The notes: generated from the letters alone by a model not told the origin. DNA of 32,000 bases from Patescibacteria group bacterium (GCA_041674405.1 JBAYVT010000001.1:30001-62000), one strand, 5' to 3'; shown: positions 7,909 to 17,340, numbered from the stretch's first letter. Numbers and translations: made by a program.

Positions 7909-8274
7909 CTAGGCGATATAGGGACACGGTTTGCCATTCTCATGGATTCCGTGGCAAAGACCACAGACGTACTTGTCTGCGAATACCTCTTGTGGGTGGG
8001 CTTTGGGCGGCTGGTCTTTGAGTGTATAGTGCTCGCCGTTGAAGTCCCAACACATACTAGGACACCACTGCCTAGCCCTCTCGGGAGTATTTCTTACAGC
8101 GTCGTCGCTGTCCAATGCAAACATGGCGGCGACAGCTCGTAGAACCTCCTCTCGGTTGGTCGGATCCTCGACATCCACCTCTGTCTGCGTTGGGAAGGTC
8201 CTCTCTGGAAAGTAGACCCTGATGCGGTGTTTTTCTTCCATGGTGGCGGGTGTCTCACTCCTTTCGTGCGACAC
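7909..8274 (-). CDS. Hypothetical protein, Cys-rich C-terminus
   Basis: ORF with CPSMC and C-terminal YVCGLCHGIHENGKPCPY; AAAGGAG upstream of ATG (MEEKHRIRVYF). Compositionally GC-rich relative to flanks. Confidence 0.6.
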   Translation of the reverse strand: MSHERSETPATMEEKHRIRVYFPERTFPTQTEVDVEDPTNREEVLRAVAAMFALDSDDAVRNTPERARQWCPSMCWDFNGEHYTLKDQPPKAHPQEVFADKYVCGLCHGIHENGKPCPYIA

Positions 8275-8380
8275 CTAATTTATATAACATTTCTGTGTAT
8301 TCGTCAATGATACCTGGTCAAATAGATTTGAATTTAGATTAATGTTATGATTAATTTGGATCATAATTCAGGAGGGAAAT

Positions 8381-8674
8381 ATGCAAATAAAAGAACTTTT
8401 AGCCAAAGGTAAAGAAATCTGGGGCGAACCGGCGGAGCCAATCACGCTCTCATATATTATCGTTCGGATGGGAAAGGTTTTTGGCGACATTTGTCGATGG
8501 GAGCGCAATGCGCCCAAAGACGCCTCTGTCCACTCAGATGACGACTTAAAAAAGGAGCTAGGTAATATAATATTTAGCACGATAAGATGGTGTGATGACC
8601 TCGGATATGATCCTGAAGAGTGCATCAATCTTGCTATTAAGTGTCAAGAAGACGGTCATGCTAAGCTTGCATAA
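8381..8674 (+). CDS. MazG-like / NTP pyrophosphohydrolase-like protein (metal-binding residues partly degenerate)
   Basis: 97 aa, SD GGAGGG then ATG; KKELGNIIFSTIRWCDDLGYDPEECINLAI resembles the MazG ELaDvl...LgiD.e.al segment; the canonical first EExxE is not recognisable. Confidence 0.5.
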   Translation: MQIKELLAKGKEIWGEPAEPITLSYIIVRMGKVFGDICRWERNAPKDASVHSDDDLKKELGNIIFSTIRWCDDLGYDPEECINLAIKCQEDGHAKLA

Positions 8675-8742
8675 TTATTCTTGAAAAAACCTCAATTTTA
8701 TGCGATAATGCTGAAGTATAAGAATTAAACATGTGAGAGAAA

Positions 8743-8949
8743 ATGGCAGAACCAAAGAAAAGGACAAACAATTCAAAGCAAGGCATGCGTAGAATGCATG
8801 ACAAGAAATCTGTTTCCGGGCTAAATTATTGTCCAAATTGCAAAGAGCCGAAGAGAATGCACTCAGTTTGTGATAGCTGCGGTTTTTATAATGGGAAATT
8901 GGTTATCGAACAGAAAAAAGAAAAAACTGATTCATCCGTAAAAGAATAG
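8743..8949 (+). CDS. rpmF: 50S ribosomal protein L32
   Basis: MAEPKKRTNNSKQGMRRMHDKK...YCPNCKEPKRMHSVCDSCGFYNGK. Confidence 0.92.
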   Translation: MAEPKKRTNNSKQGMRRMHDKKSVSGLNYCPNCKEPKRMHSVCDSCGFYNGKLVIEQKKEKTDSSVKE

Positions 8950-8969
8950 AAATTAATTTTTTTTGATAA

Positions 8970-9401
8970 ATGAATCGACATCTTGGTAGAATGATCGCAA
9001 TGCAGACACTTTTCGAATATGATTTTCGAGATGGTGCTGATGTTGAGGAAATAAAATCTCGCAATATTAACGAGTATAATGATGCAACCGACTCAGAATT
9101 TGTAGTGAAGCTTGTTGATGGTACACTTAAATCTACTGAGTCTATTGACGAAGAAATCAAAGCAGCAGCTCCGGAATGGCCCCTGGATCAAATATCGCTT
9201 ATTGATAAATCAATTCTTCGCCTTGCTATTTATGAACTTAAATACGAGAATGACGTGCCTGCTAAAGTTGTTATAAATGAAGCAGTTGAGTTGGGAAAAC
9301 AATTTGGTGGAGAAAATTCATCGAAATTTATCAACGGCGTTCTCGGAACTGTTTATGAGAAAATAACTTCTGGAGACAATAAAAAAAGTGACGACAATTG
9401 A
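8970..9401 (+). CDS. nusB: Transcription antitermination protein NusB
   Basis: RMIAMQTLFEYDF..., SLIDKSILRLAIYELKYENDVPAKVVINEAVELGKQFGGENSSKFINGVLG. Confidence 0.93.
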   Translation: MNRHLGRMIAMQTLFEYDFRDGADVEEIKSRNINEYNDATDSEFVVKLVDGTLKSTESIDEEIKAAAPEWPLDQISLIDKSILRLAIYELKYENDVPAKVVINEAVELGKQFGGENSSKFINGVLGTVYEKITSGDNKKSDDN

Positions 9402-10086
9402 TTTTGAAAAAGTTATCGGTATTGAATTTAAAAACAAAGATCTTTTAAATAACGTATTTATTCATCGATCGTATTTAAATGAGCACAGAAGCTTGCAGCT
9501 CGAACATAATGAAAGATTAGAATTTTTAGGAGATGCTGTTCTGGAGCTTTGCGTGACACAATACTTATTTAACAAATTTTCCGATAAGCCTGAAGGTGTC
9601 ATGACCAACTGGAGATCCGCGCTTGTAAAAGGTGAATCTCTCTCTGCCGAGGCTAAGCGCCTTGGTTTAAATGATCTTATAAAGACATCTCGCGGAGAAG
9701 CTAAAAATGTCGGAAAAGCGCGAGACTTGATACTGGCTAATGCGTTTGAGGCTTTGATAGGTGCAATATATCTTGACCAAGGGTATGAAATTGCATACAA
9801 ATTTATTGAAAAAAATATTATTTATAAACTTGCCGAAATTATCAACCAAGGTTTATATTACGATTCAAAAAGTAAATTTCAAGAACTCGCACAAGATGTT
9901 TTAAGTATTACGCCGTCATACACTACTGTTTCCGAGAATGGGCCCGATCATGCCAAGGTTTTTGTTGTCGGCGCATTTCTGGGAGACAAAAAAGTCGCTG
10001 AGGGATCAGGCAACTCTAAACAAAAAGCACAAAGTGAAGCAGCTAAAGCCGCCCTTCAAAAATGGGACGATATTTGTAAACAATAG
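9388..10086 (+). CDS. rnc: Ribonuclease III
   Basis: HNERLEFLGDAVLEL, AFEALIGAIYLDQG, C-terminal dsRBD (SKSKFQELAQ...GSGNSKQKAQSEAAKAAL). Confidence 0.95.
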   Translation: MTTIDFEKVIGIEFKNKDLLNNVFIHRSYLNEHRSLQLEHNERLEFLGDAVLELCVTQYLFNKFSDKPEGVMTNWRSALVKGESLSAEAKRLGLNDLIKTSRGEAKNVGKARDLILANAFEALIGAIYLDQGYEIAYKFIEKNIIYKLAEIINQGLYYDSKSKFQELAQDVLSITPSYTTVSENGPDHAKVFVVGAFLGDKKVAEGSGNSKQKAQSEAAKAALQKWDDICKQ

Positions 10087-10091
10087 CTCTA

Positions 10092-11048
10092 TTAGTTGAA
10101 CCACTTGATATTGGTAAATCCCCAATCAAGCAATTTTCGCGATTCATCAGCTGAGGCTGGCGCTGTGTCAGCGTAAGTGTGTAAAACAATGCCTATTAGC
10201 GTGTGTCCATCTCTTTTTGCGGCTGAGACAAGGCAATGTCCAGCTTCGGGCATATAACCGGTTTTAACGCCAATTGCCCCGGGATATTGGTATTCCCCGA
10301 CCAACCTGTTTGAATTTTTTAATTCGTGGTAAATACTATTGTCAATGTTGGTAGCGGTATATTCTTGCGTGTTTACAATTTCCCTAAACTTTTCAAATCG
10401 CATGGCGTATTTCGTCGCAAGAAACAAGTCATATGCACTTGAATAGCCGGCTACATCAAGACCCGCCGGGTCTAAATAATTGGTATTTTTCATTCCTAGG
10501 CGTGCTGCTGTTTCATTCATTTTGGAAACAAAGTCCGCTGTGCTAGAGTTGTCTTTTGACATGTGCTGAGCTAATGCATAAGCGGAATCATTACCTGATT
10601 TAATTAATAAGCAATGCAGCAAATCATCTACGCTGATTTTTTCTCCGACTTGTAAATATGCATCGGCACCGATCTGGTAGGCAGCCTCTGGAGTTATTGT
10701 AACTATATCGTCCAATTTGTAATTTTCGAGTACAACTATAGCAGTCATGATTTTTGTTGTTGATGCAATTGGTACTCTTGTATTAGAATCATATGAAGTA
10801 AAAATTGTGCCGCTGTCCATATCGGCTAAAAGATAGTGATTTGCGTTAATATTTGGGTTTGGGGCATTTTTTGAAACCTGCGGGCGAATTACAACTTCTG
10901 GCAAAGATAGATCAATCATTGATGCTGCCGCAGTATTTTTTGAACCATTTTCGTCCTTATATATCGCATTATCCAATTTGAAAACGATCGGAGAAAACCC
11001 AATCAAATTAAAAAAAATTGACATCGCGATTATAGATTTTAGAATCAT
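10092..11048 (-). CDS. D-alanyl-D-alanine carboxypeptidase (peptidase S11, PBP5/DacA-like)
   Basis: N-terminal hydrophobic signal, SxxK (STTK), SGN, KTG motifs. Confidence 0.92.
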   Translation of the reverse strand: MILKSIIAMSIFFNLIGFSPIVFKLDNAIYKDENGSKNTAAASMIDLSLPEVVIRPQVSKNAPNPNINANHYLLADMDSGTIFTSYDSNTRVPIASTTKIMTAIVVLENYKLDDIVTITPEAAYQIGADAYLQVGEKISVDDLLHCLLIKSGNDSAYALAQHMSKDNSSTADFVSKMNETAARLGMKNTNYLDPAGLDVAGYSSAYDLFLATKYAMRFEKFREIVNTQEYTATNIDNSIYHELKNSNRLVGEYQYPGAIGVKTGYMPEAGHCLVSAAKRDGHTLIGIVLHTYADTAPASADESRKLLDWGFTNIKWFN

Positions 11049-11758
11049 ATCATTTGGTCTCGATCGATAGACTTAAGTTGTCCGGCTCTCAAACCTATCT
11101 CATTAAGTACCAGCTTTCCTATTCGAACTCGTAGGATTGTGCAAACAGACAAACCAATTTTATCACACATACGGCGAATTTGTCGATTATAGCCAGTGGT
11201 AAGCACTAAATTAAATTTGATCATATTTTTGCGTTTTTCGATCTTAATTTTATCAATTGATTTCGCCTGCATTCTTGTTCCTTTGATGTTGATCCCCTTG
11301 GTCAAGCGATTAAGGTCAGAAATTTTGAATGATTCAGACATATTAGCTTCGACGTAGTATTCTTTTTCATGTTTGAAACTCGGGTGCGTTAGTTGTTGTA
11401 TTAGCTCACCATCATTTGTAAGAATAATTAAGCCTTCCGAATCCATGTCTAGGCGACCGACGGGATTTAGTTTTTTTTCATCGGGAATATAATCAGCAAT
11501 GGATTTTCTGCCAAGCTCATCGGACTTTGTTGCTACCACCCCCCTTGGCTTATAAAAAGCATAATATTCAAGCTTGGATGTGGCAATAATTATTTTGTCA
11601 TTTACAACAACTTTGTCGATCTTTGGATCGATAGAATCACCAAGTTTGGCAATTATCCCATTGACTTTGACTTTACCGGCACGAATATGCTCGTCAGCAG
11701 AGCGCCGCGAGCATATTCCATTACTTGATAAAAATTTGTTTATGCGAACTCTAGTCAT
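11045..11758 (-). CDS. 16S/23S rRNA pseudouridine synthase, RsuA/RluB family
   Basis: S4 domain (RINKFLSSNGICSRRSADEHIRAGKVKVNG), GRLDMDSEGLIILTNDG, GYNRQIRRM. Start refined to ATG at 11758 (MTRVRINKF). Confidence 0.9.
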   Translation of the reverse strand: MTRVRINKFLSSNGICSRRSADEHIRAGKVKVNGIIAKLGDSIDPKIDKVVVNDKIIIATSKLEYYAFYKPRGVVATKSDELGRKSIADYIPDEKKLNPVGRLDMDSEGLIILTNDGELIQQLTHPSFKHEKEYYVEANMSESFKISDLNRLTKGINIKGTRMQAKSIDKIKIEKRKNMIKFNLVLTTGYNRQIRRMCDKIGLSVCTILRVRIGKLVLNEIGLRAGQLKSIDRDQMI

Positions 11759-13184
11759 CGATTTTTGTATCGGAATTCTTAATTTCCTTACCCTTCGCCT
11801 CTTTGGCAAGCTCGACGTGTACATCTTTGAGTTGCTGCTCGGATACAGCCGATGGGGCACCCATCATTACGTCTCTGGCGTCTCCGGTCTTCGGAAATGC
11901 TATCACCTCACGAATTACATCTTCGCCAGCTAAAATAGCGGCTAATCGGTCAATTCCCGGCGCCACACCTCCATGTGGCGGAGCCCCATATTCAAAAGCT
12001 TCGAGCATATGCCCAAACCTGCGCAGCTTTTCTTCTTCCGAAACGCCCAAAAGATTAAAAATTTTATCCTGAATTTCACGAGTGTGAATCCTGATAGATC
12101 CGCTGGCGATCTCAAAACCGTTCAATACCAAGTCATAGCAGTATGATCGGACCTCTTCTGGTTTACTATCGAGTTTATCGATATCTTCTTTGTTCGGCAT
12201 GGTAAACGGATGATGAGACGACACAAGCTTCTTGTCTGCCTTTGAATATTTAAATAGCGGGGTATCAACAACCCAGCAAAAGCCGAACTCCTTCTTGTCT
12301 TCCTTATTCTTTCTAATATCCGGTTTGTCGTTGCCATATTCCTCCATCGAATCGGCAAACTTGATCCTTGGAAAAGGCTTTTCTGTAATTTTTCCGCCAG
12401 GGACTAGCTTTTTAACGATTTCTATCATCATCGGTTCGATAAGAGAGTAAATGTCTTCTTCTTCAATAAAACTCATCTCAATATCAAGCTGGGTAAACTC
12501 TGGCTGTCTATCGCCTCTCTGGTCCTCGTCGCGAAAACAACGGGCGACCTGAAAATATCTTTCAATTCCACCAACCATAAGAAGCTGTTTGAATTGTTGA
12601 GGGCTTTGCGGCAATACATAGAATTCCCCCGGGTAAATCCTGGATGGCACGATATATTCCCTTGCGCCTTCAGGAGTCGATTTTGTAAGATACGGCGTTT
12701 CAATTTCCCGAAATCCTCTCTCCCATAAATACTCCCGAACCGTTTTTACAATATCGTGACGAAGTGTGATGTTTTTAGCCATTCGTTCGGATCGCAAATC
12801 AAGATAGCGATATTTAAGTCGTAGTTCCTCATCAACCCCAAGAGTATTTTTGTCAATTTCAAAAGGTGGGGTTTTAGCTTTATTTAGAACCTTGAGATCT
12901 ACAGCTTCCATTTCAACTGTGCCGGTGATCAAATCTTTGTTAATCATTTTTTCTGGTCGTGCATTGATTTTGCCTTCTATCGAAATAACCCACTCCGGCC
13001 GGATCTCAGAAACCTTTTCATAAGCTTTTGATCCAGGTACGAAAACGACTTGCAAAAGGCCCGACATATCTCGAAGATCGATAAAAACAATCTTACCATG
13101 ATCTCGGCGAACATTTACCCAGCCAGATACTTTGACACTTTCGCCAATTTTTTTCACCGTTTCTGAAACTAGTATTCTTTTCAT
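11751..13184 (-). CDS. aspS: Aspartyl-tRNA synthetase (Asp or Asp/Asn), bacterial-type core but lacking the GAD insertion
   Basis: GWVNVRRDHGKIVFIDLRD, LPQSPQQFKQLLM, FRDEDQRGDRQPEFTQLDIEMSF, GVAPGIDRLAAIL. Start refined to ATG at 13184 (MKRILVSETV). 477 aa. Confidence 0.93.
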   Translation of the reverse strand: MKRILVSETVKKIGESVKVSGWVNVRRDHGKIVFIDLRDMSGLLQVVFVPGSKAYEKVSEIRPEWVISIEGKINARPEKMINKDLITGTVEMEAVDLKVLNKAKTPPFEIDKNTLGVDEELRLKYRYLDLRSERMAKNITLRHDIVKTVREYLWERGFREIETPYLTKSTPEGAREYIVPSRIYPGEFYVLPQSPQQFKQLLMVGGIERYFQVARCFRDEDQRGDRQPEFTQLDIEMSFIEEEDIYSLIEPMMIEIVKKLVPGGKITEKPFPRIKFADSMEEYGNDKPDIRKNKEDKKEFGFCWVVDTPLFKYSKADKKLVSSHHPFTMPNKEDIDKLDSKPEEVRSYCYDLVLNGFEIASGSIRIHTREIQDKIFNLLGVSEEEKLRRFGHMLEAFEYGAPPHGGVAPGIDRLAAILAGEDVIREVIAFPKTGDARDVMMGAPSAVSEQQLKDVHVELAKEAKGKEIKNSDTKIDD

Positions 13185-13185
13185 T

Positions 13186-15444
13186 TTATCCTCGCAATTT
13201 AGCGTTATATTTATCTTCAACCTCGCTGATAATATTTTGGATGATTTGGTCGGCCTCGTGATCATTGAGGGTTTTATCCGGCGCCTGTAAATAAATGTGG
13301 AAAGCAACATTTTTCTTATTCAAGCCAAACATATCTGAAGCAAATTCGTCGAAAAGCTCAACACGATTAATCAAGTTTGAAAGTTTGTAAATTTCGCTAA
13401 TAATATTATCTGACTTGACATCGATATCCAAAATAAATGCCAAATCGCGTGTGACAGACGGAAATTTGGAAACCGGGCGAAAATGAATTTCTCGATCGCT
13501 GACTTTTAGATCAAGATCATCGTTGCTTGCGCTCATTCCGGCGATAATATCGGCGGTCTTTATTTCGAATACAAATGTATTCTGCTTCTTGATCTTGTAT
13601 TTATTGGCGTCATCGCCGATTAATTCTTTAATTTCTATTGTGTTTTTAATATTTCCAAGCCTGGAAAGAGCGGCTTTTGCCGATTCAATTAGTTTTTTGG
13701 GATCTTTGCCTGAGGCTACAACACCGACCATGCTTGTCTCGTCGGTTTTGGTAAACACGTTTCCAATCTCAAACATCAGAACCGGATCGAAAGTAGGGTT
13801 TTTTGCAACTGATTTCAAAAGGCCGGGAATCAACGAATTTCTCATGTATTTATTTTCGGGCTGAACGGGATTTTTAACGACAAGTAAATTTTTATCGGAA
13901 ATATCTAGATCACGAAGGTCATGTTCAGACATGAATGAATAATTGTAAACCTCTGAAAAACCAAGGTTTGCAAGAATATCCTTGATGTATTCCCTTTTGA
14001 AATAGTCTCCCCTTTTTGGTTTTAGATTGGTCTCTGGAAGATTGTGCATTGGAAGTTTATTATAACCATATATTCTGCCAACTTCTTCAGCGAGACAGCG
14101 AAAATCAACTATGTCGTGGCGAAATGTCGGGATAGCACATTTACTGCCCGATATCTCAAAACCAAGATTCTCCAAAACCTTATTAACCTCGTAATCCTTA
14201 AATTCGTGACCCAATAGATCATTAATGCCAGAGAAATTAATTTCAATTTCGTCTCTCTCCGGCTCGTTGCCCACAATCACGCATTCCCCTACTTCAGCAT
14301 CCGGACAATATTCAAGGATCATTTGGGTTGCCTTGTTGAGTGCGCGCTCAATACCAGCGCTATCAATTCCACGCTCAAACCTGTAACTAGCATCTGTCAT
14401 TATCTCAAGTTTTTTTGCAGTCTTGCGAATTGTTTTTGGATTAAACTGCGCAGCTTCAAGAATAATGTCGATGGTATCGCTTTCAATTTCTGAATTCTTA
14501 CCGCCGATAATTCCGGCTATTGCGATCGGTTTTTCAAAGTCAGCGATAACAAGATCATCATCGGACAGAATACGAATTTTATCATCCAGTGAAATCATTT
14601 CTTCATTATCGCTAGCTGAACGAACGGCAATTTGATAATCTTTAATTTTTTTGGCATCAAAAGCATGCATCGGTTGCCCTAGATCGAGCATAATATAATT
14701 TGTAATATCGACAATATTATTGATCGGCTTAAATCCGCAGGCCAAGAGTCGATTGGCTATCTTGTTGTTTGATGGGCCTACCTTAATATTTTTAATGATT
14801 CTAGCGCCATATCGTGGACATTTATTCTTATCAAAAATCTCTATGTTTAGTTGGTCTTTTGTCTTATTTTTGGCATCAAATTTTATATTGGGATAATTAA
14901 TTGTCTCCGATAACGTGGCGGCGACTTCGCGTGCCATACCGATATGGCTAAAGCAATCACCGCGATTTGGGGTTGGTTTGATGTCAAGGACAATGTCTTG
15001 TGATAAGATTTCCGAAATCTTTGTTCCCAATGGTGTATCGGGCGGCAAAATCTTGATGCCGGAATGATCATCCCCCACACCAAGTTCGCGCTCGGAGCAA
15101 AGCATGCCGGATGAAGCAACACCACGAATTACGGCTTCTGAAATTTCCATATCCCCTATCTTAGTACCGGGTTTGGCCAAGGGGACGCGTTGCCCAACTT
15201 CAATATTTGGAGCACCGCAAACAATCTGTATGTCATTTTTGCCATCATTAACCACAACTTGATGAAGCCGGTCTGCATTGGGATGTTTGTCAATTTGTTT
15301 AATTTCAACTACGATAACATTTCCGTCGATCTCACCGATAACATCCTCGACTTCCGTACCAGAAAATATAATCTTGTTAACTAGATCCTCGTCAGAAACA
15401 TTACTATTTAGATAATCAACAAGCCAGCTTTTTAAGATTCTCAT
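13186..15444 (-). CDS. pheT: Phenylalanyl-tRNA synthetase beta subunit
   Basis: Full length 752 aa; tRNA-binding domain, B3/B4, B5 (KPKRGDYF...), core and C-terminal FDX-ACB (HFRPVSKFPSVTRDLAFIL). Confidence 0.96.
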   Translation of the reverse strand: MRILKSWLVDYLNSNVSDEDLVNKIIFSGTEVEDVIGEIDGNVIVVEIKQIDKHPNADRLHQVVVNDGKNDIQIVCGAPNIEVGQRVPLAKPGTKIGDMEISEAVIRGVASSGMLCSERELGVGDDHSGIKILPPDTPLGTKISEILSQDIVLDIKPTPNRGDCFSHIGMAREVAATLSETINYPNIKFDAKNKTKDQLNIEIFDKNKCPRYGARIIKNIKVGPSNNKIANRLLACGFKPINNIVDITNYIMLDLGQPMHAFDAKKIKDYQIAVRSASDNEEMISLDDKIRILSDDDLVIADFEKPIAIAGIIGGKNSEIESDTIDIILEAAQFNPKTIRKTAKKLEIMTDASYRFERGIDSAGIERALNKATQMILEYCPDAEVGECVIVGNEPERDEIEINFSGINDLLGHEFKDYEVNKVLENLGFEISGSKCAIPTFRHDIVDFRCLAEEVGRIYGYNKLPMHNLPETNLKPKRGDYFKREYIKDILANLGFSEVYNYSFMSEHDLRDLDISDKNLLVVKNPVQPENKYMRNSLIPGLLKSVAKNPTFDPVLMFEIGNVFTKTDETSMVGVVASGKDPKKLIESAKAALSRLGNIKNTIEIKELIGDDANKYKIKKQNTFVFEIKTADIIAGMSASNDDLDLKVSDREIHFRPVSKFPSVTRDLAFILDIDVKSDNIISEIYKLSNLINRVELFDEFASDMFGLNKKNVAFHIYLQAPDKTLNDHEADQIIQNIISEVEDKYNAKLRG

Positions 15445-15451
15445 ATAGCCT

Positions 15452-16132
15452 CTAAAATTGCTTTAAAAATCGAAGATCACTTGATCTAAACGTCCGAACG
15501 TCGGAAATACCATAACGAACCATGATTGGCCGCTCGACGCCAGGACCAAAGGCAAAACCAGTATATTTGTCAGGATCAAGCCCCATATTTTTAATTACAA
15601 CTGGATTTACCATTCCTGCGCCGCCCAGCTCAAGCCATTTACCACGAAAGTTTGTATCAAACTCAATCGAAGGTTCGGTAAACGGAAAATGATGGGGGCG
15701 AAAACGCAAATCTATTGTTTCACCAAAAATTTCTTTGTAATATTCCTTCAGGATGTTGAAAAGTTGGCCGATATTTACCTTCTCGTCGATATAAAGGCCT
15801 TCAATCTGAACAAATGTTGTCTCATGGCCGGAATCAGTTGCTTCGTTGCGAAAACAAACTCCAGGAACAACTACGCGAAATGGCGGTTTGTGTGTTTCTC
15901 CATACCGAACTTGCGAATTCGAGGTTTGGGTCCGTAAAACTCGTCCATCTTCTAGCCAAAAGGTATCTTGTACATCGCGAGAGGGATGATCAGAAGGCGT
16001 ATTTAAGGCATCAAAATTGTACCACTCAGTATCAACCTCGGGGCCTTCATAAACATCAAAACCGTGTGACTCAAAAAATTTGACCGACTTGCGAATTATT
16101 TGAGTAACAGGGTGTAAATTACCTCGTGTCAT
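15452..16132 (-). CDS. pheS: Phenylalanyl-tRNA synthetase alpha subunit, catalytic core only
   Basis: LHPVTQIIRKSVKFFESHGFDVYEGPEVDTEWYNFDALNTPSDHPSRD...FPFTEPSIEFD...GFAFGPGVERPIMVRYGISDVRTFRSSDLRFLKQF. Starts immediately before the core; no N-terminal coiled coil. Confidence 0.93.
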   Translation of the reverse strand: MTRGNLHPVTQIIRKSVKFFESHGFDVYEGPEVDTEWYNFDALNTPSDHPSRDVQDTFWLEDGRVLRTQTSNSQVRYGETHKPPFRVVVPGVCFRNEATDSGHETTFVQIEGLYIDEKVNIGQLFNILKEYYKEIFGETIDLRFRPHHFPFTEPSIEFDTNFRGKWLELGGAGMVNPVVIKNMGLDPDKYTGFAFGPGVERPIMVRYGISDVRTFRSSDLRFLKQF

Positions 16133-16518
16133 ACTATTTTTACTTTCTTAGTTTGGAAAAATAATTCTAAAAGACCGATCACTAAAACAATTGGAATACC
16201 GATCCAAAAATCCAAAATTTTTACGCCGCGTAAAATGAATAACGAAGTGATAGCAGATGAAAACAACACTGCCTGACGGACTGATGGCCAAAATAGTGAA
16301 AAAATAATTTCAGATTTCTTCAGATAAATTTTTAGATAAAAAAGTATAATTGAAAACATTCCTGCCAAGCCCAAAAATAGAGACAAATAAAAGTATACAA
16401 AGTTAGCTACCGAGGCATCGAAAGGATTATAATTAAAAACACACAAAATGAATGAAGCGATAGCCACAACCGTGATTGAATATACAAAAAATAAATTTGC
16501 CTTCAGCATCAAGAACAT
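16129..16518 (-). CDS. Small polytopic membrane protein, unknown function
   Basis: 129 aa with about 4 hydrophobic segments; TGA stop overlaps the pheS ATG (ATGA). Confidence 0.7.
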   Translation of the reverse strand: MFLMLKANLFFVYSITVVAIASFILCVFNYNPFDASVANFVYFYLSLFLGLAGMFSIILFYLKIYLKKSEIIFSLFWPSVRQAVLFSSAITSLFILRGVKILDFWIGIPIVLVIGLLELFFQTKKVKIV

Positions 16519-16551
16519 AATATCAGATTTTAGCCGAAAAATTAAGAGTGA

Positions 16552-16869
16552 TTATAGCTTTTTAAAAAGGTTATCAACCTTTTCTGCGTAGCTTTCATTA
16601 AGATCAAGAATAAATCTAAAATTTGGAATAATACGAAGCTTTATTTTCCCTGCCAGGTCTTTGCGGATTTCTTTTGCGTGAAAGTTTAGCTGATCGACAA
16701 TTTTCTGATCATCATTTAATACACTGATATATATTTTTGAAGATGAAAGATCGGATGACGTATCAACCCTGACAATTGAGGCAATATTTCCCCCAATGTA
16801 GTCCAAAATACTAAACGAGAGCTTAGAAAGAATGAGTGCGTTGACTTGTTTAATGCGTGAGGAATCCAT
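16552..16869 (-). CDS. rbfA: Ribosome-binding factor A
   Basis: 105 aa; RIKQVNALILSKLSFSI...SSDLSSSKIYISVLND...IRKDLAGKIKLRIIPNFRFILDLNESYAEKVDNLFKKL matches the RbfA pattern. Confidence 0.8.
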   Translation of the reverse strand: MDSSRIKQVNALILSKLSFSILDYIGGNIASIVRVDTSSDLSSSKIYISVLNDDQKIVDQLNFHAKEIRKDLAGKIKLRIIPNFRFILDLNESYAEKVDNLFKKL

Positions 16870-16945
16870 GGTTAGTCCTTAGTTTGTAGTCCTTAGTCTG
16901 TAGAAAATTCACTACGAGCTACGGACTACTTACTACTGACTGACT

Positions 16946-17332
16946 TTATCGCTTAGACCATTGTGGAGCACGGCGGGCACCTTTAAGCCCTGGCTTCTTT
17001 CGTTCTTTTTCTCGAGGATCACGCGAGAGCAGCCCGGCTTTTTTCAAAGATGTACGAAATTCTGAATTATATTCAACCAAAGCGCGGGAAATGCCGTGGC
17101 GGATAGCCTCTTTTTGGCTTTGAAATCCACCGCCGACTACCTTAGCAGATACAGCGAAAGAACCCTTCTTGCCAACTATTTCAAAAGGTAAAATAATTTC
17201 TTCTGAAAGATCAGTGGTTTTGTCGTTTATTGAACTCTCTTTTTTGCCCTCAAAAATACGAACGCGTGCAACTGCGCTCTTGCGCCTTCCGGTACCGAAA
17301 TAATATTTTTCTTTTTTTGCGGTTTCTGCCAT
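16946..17332 (-). CDS. rpsI: 30S ribosomal protein S9
   Basis: FGTGRRKSAVARVRI, GGGFQSQKEAIRHGISRAL, C-terminal GLKGARRAPQWSKR. Confidence 0.97.
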   Translation of the reverse strand: MAETAKKEKYYFGTGRRKSAVARVRIFEGKKESSINDKTTDLSEEIILPFEIVGKKGSFAVSAKVVGGGFQSQKEAIRHGISRALVEYNSEFRTSLKKAGLLSRDPREKERKKPGLKGARRAPQWSKR

Positions 17333-17340
17333 GTTCTACC

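Noticed and set aside
7811-8380. Toxin-antitoxin or defence module formed by the 7909 and 8381 ORFs
   Set aside because: They are divergently transcribed, have different composition, and show no recognisable toxin, antitoxin or nuclease motif.
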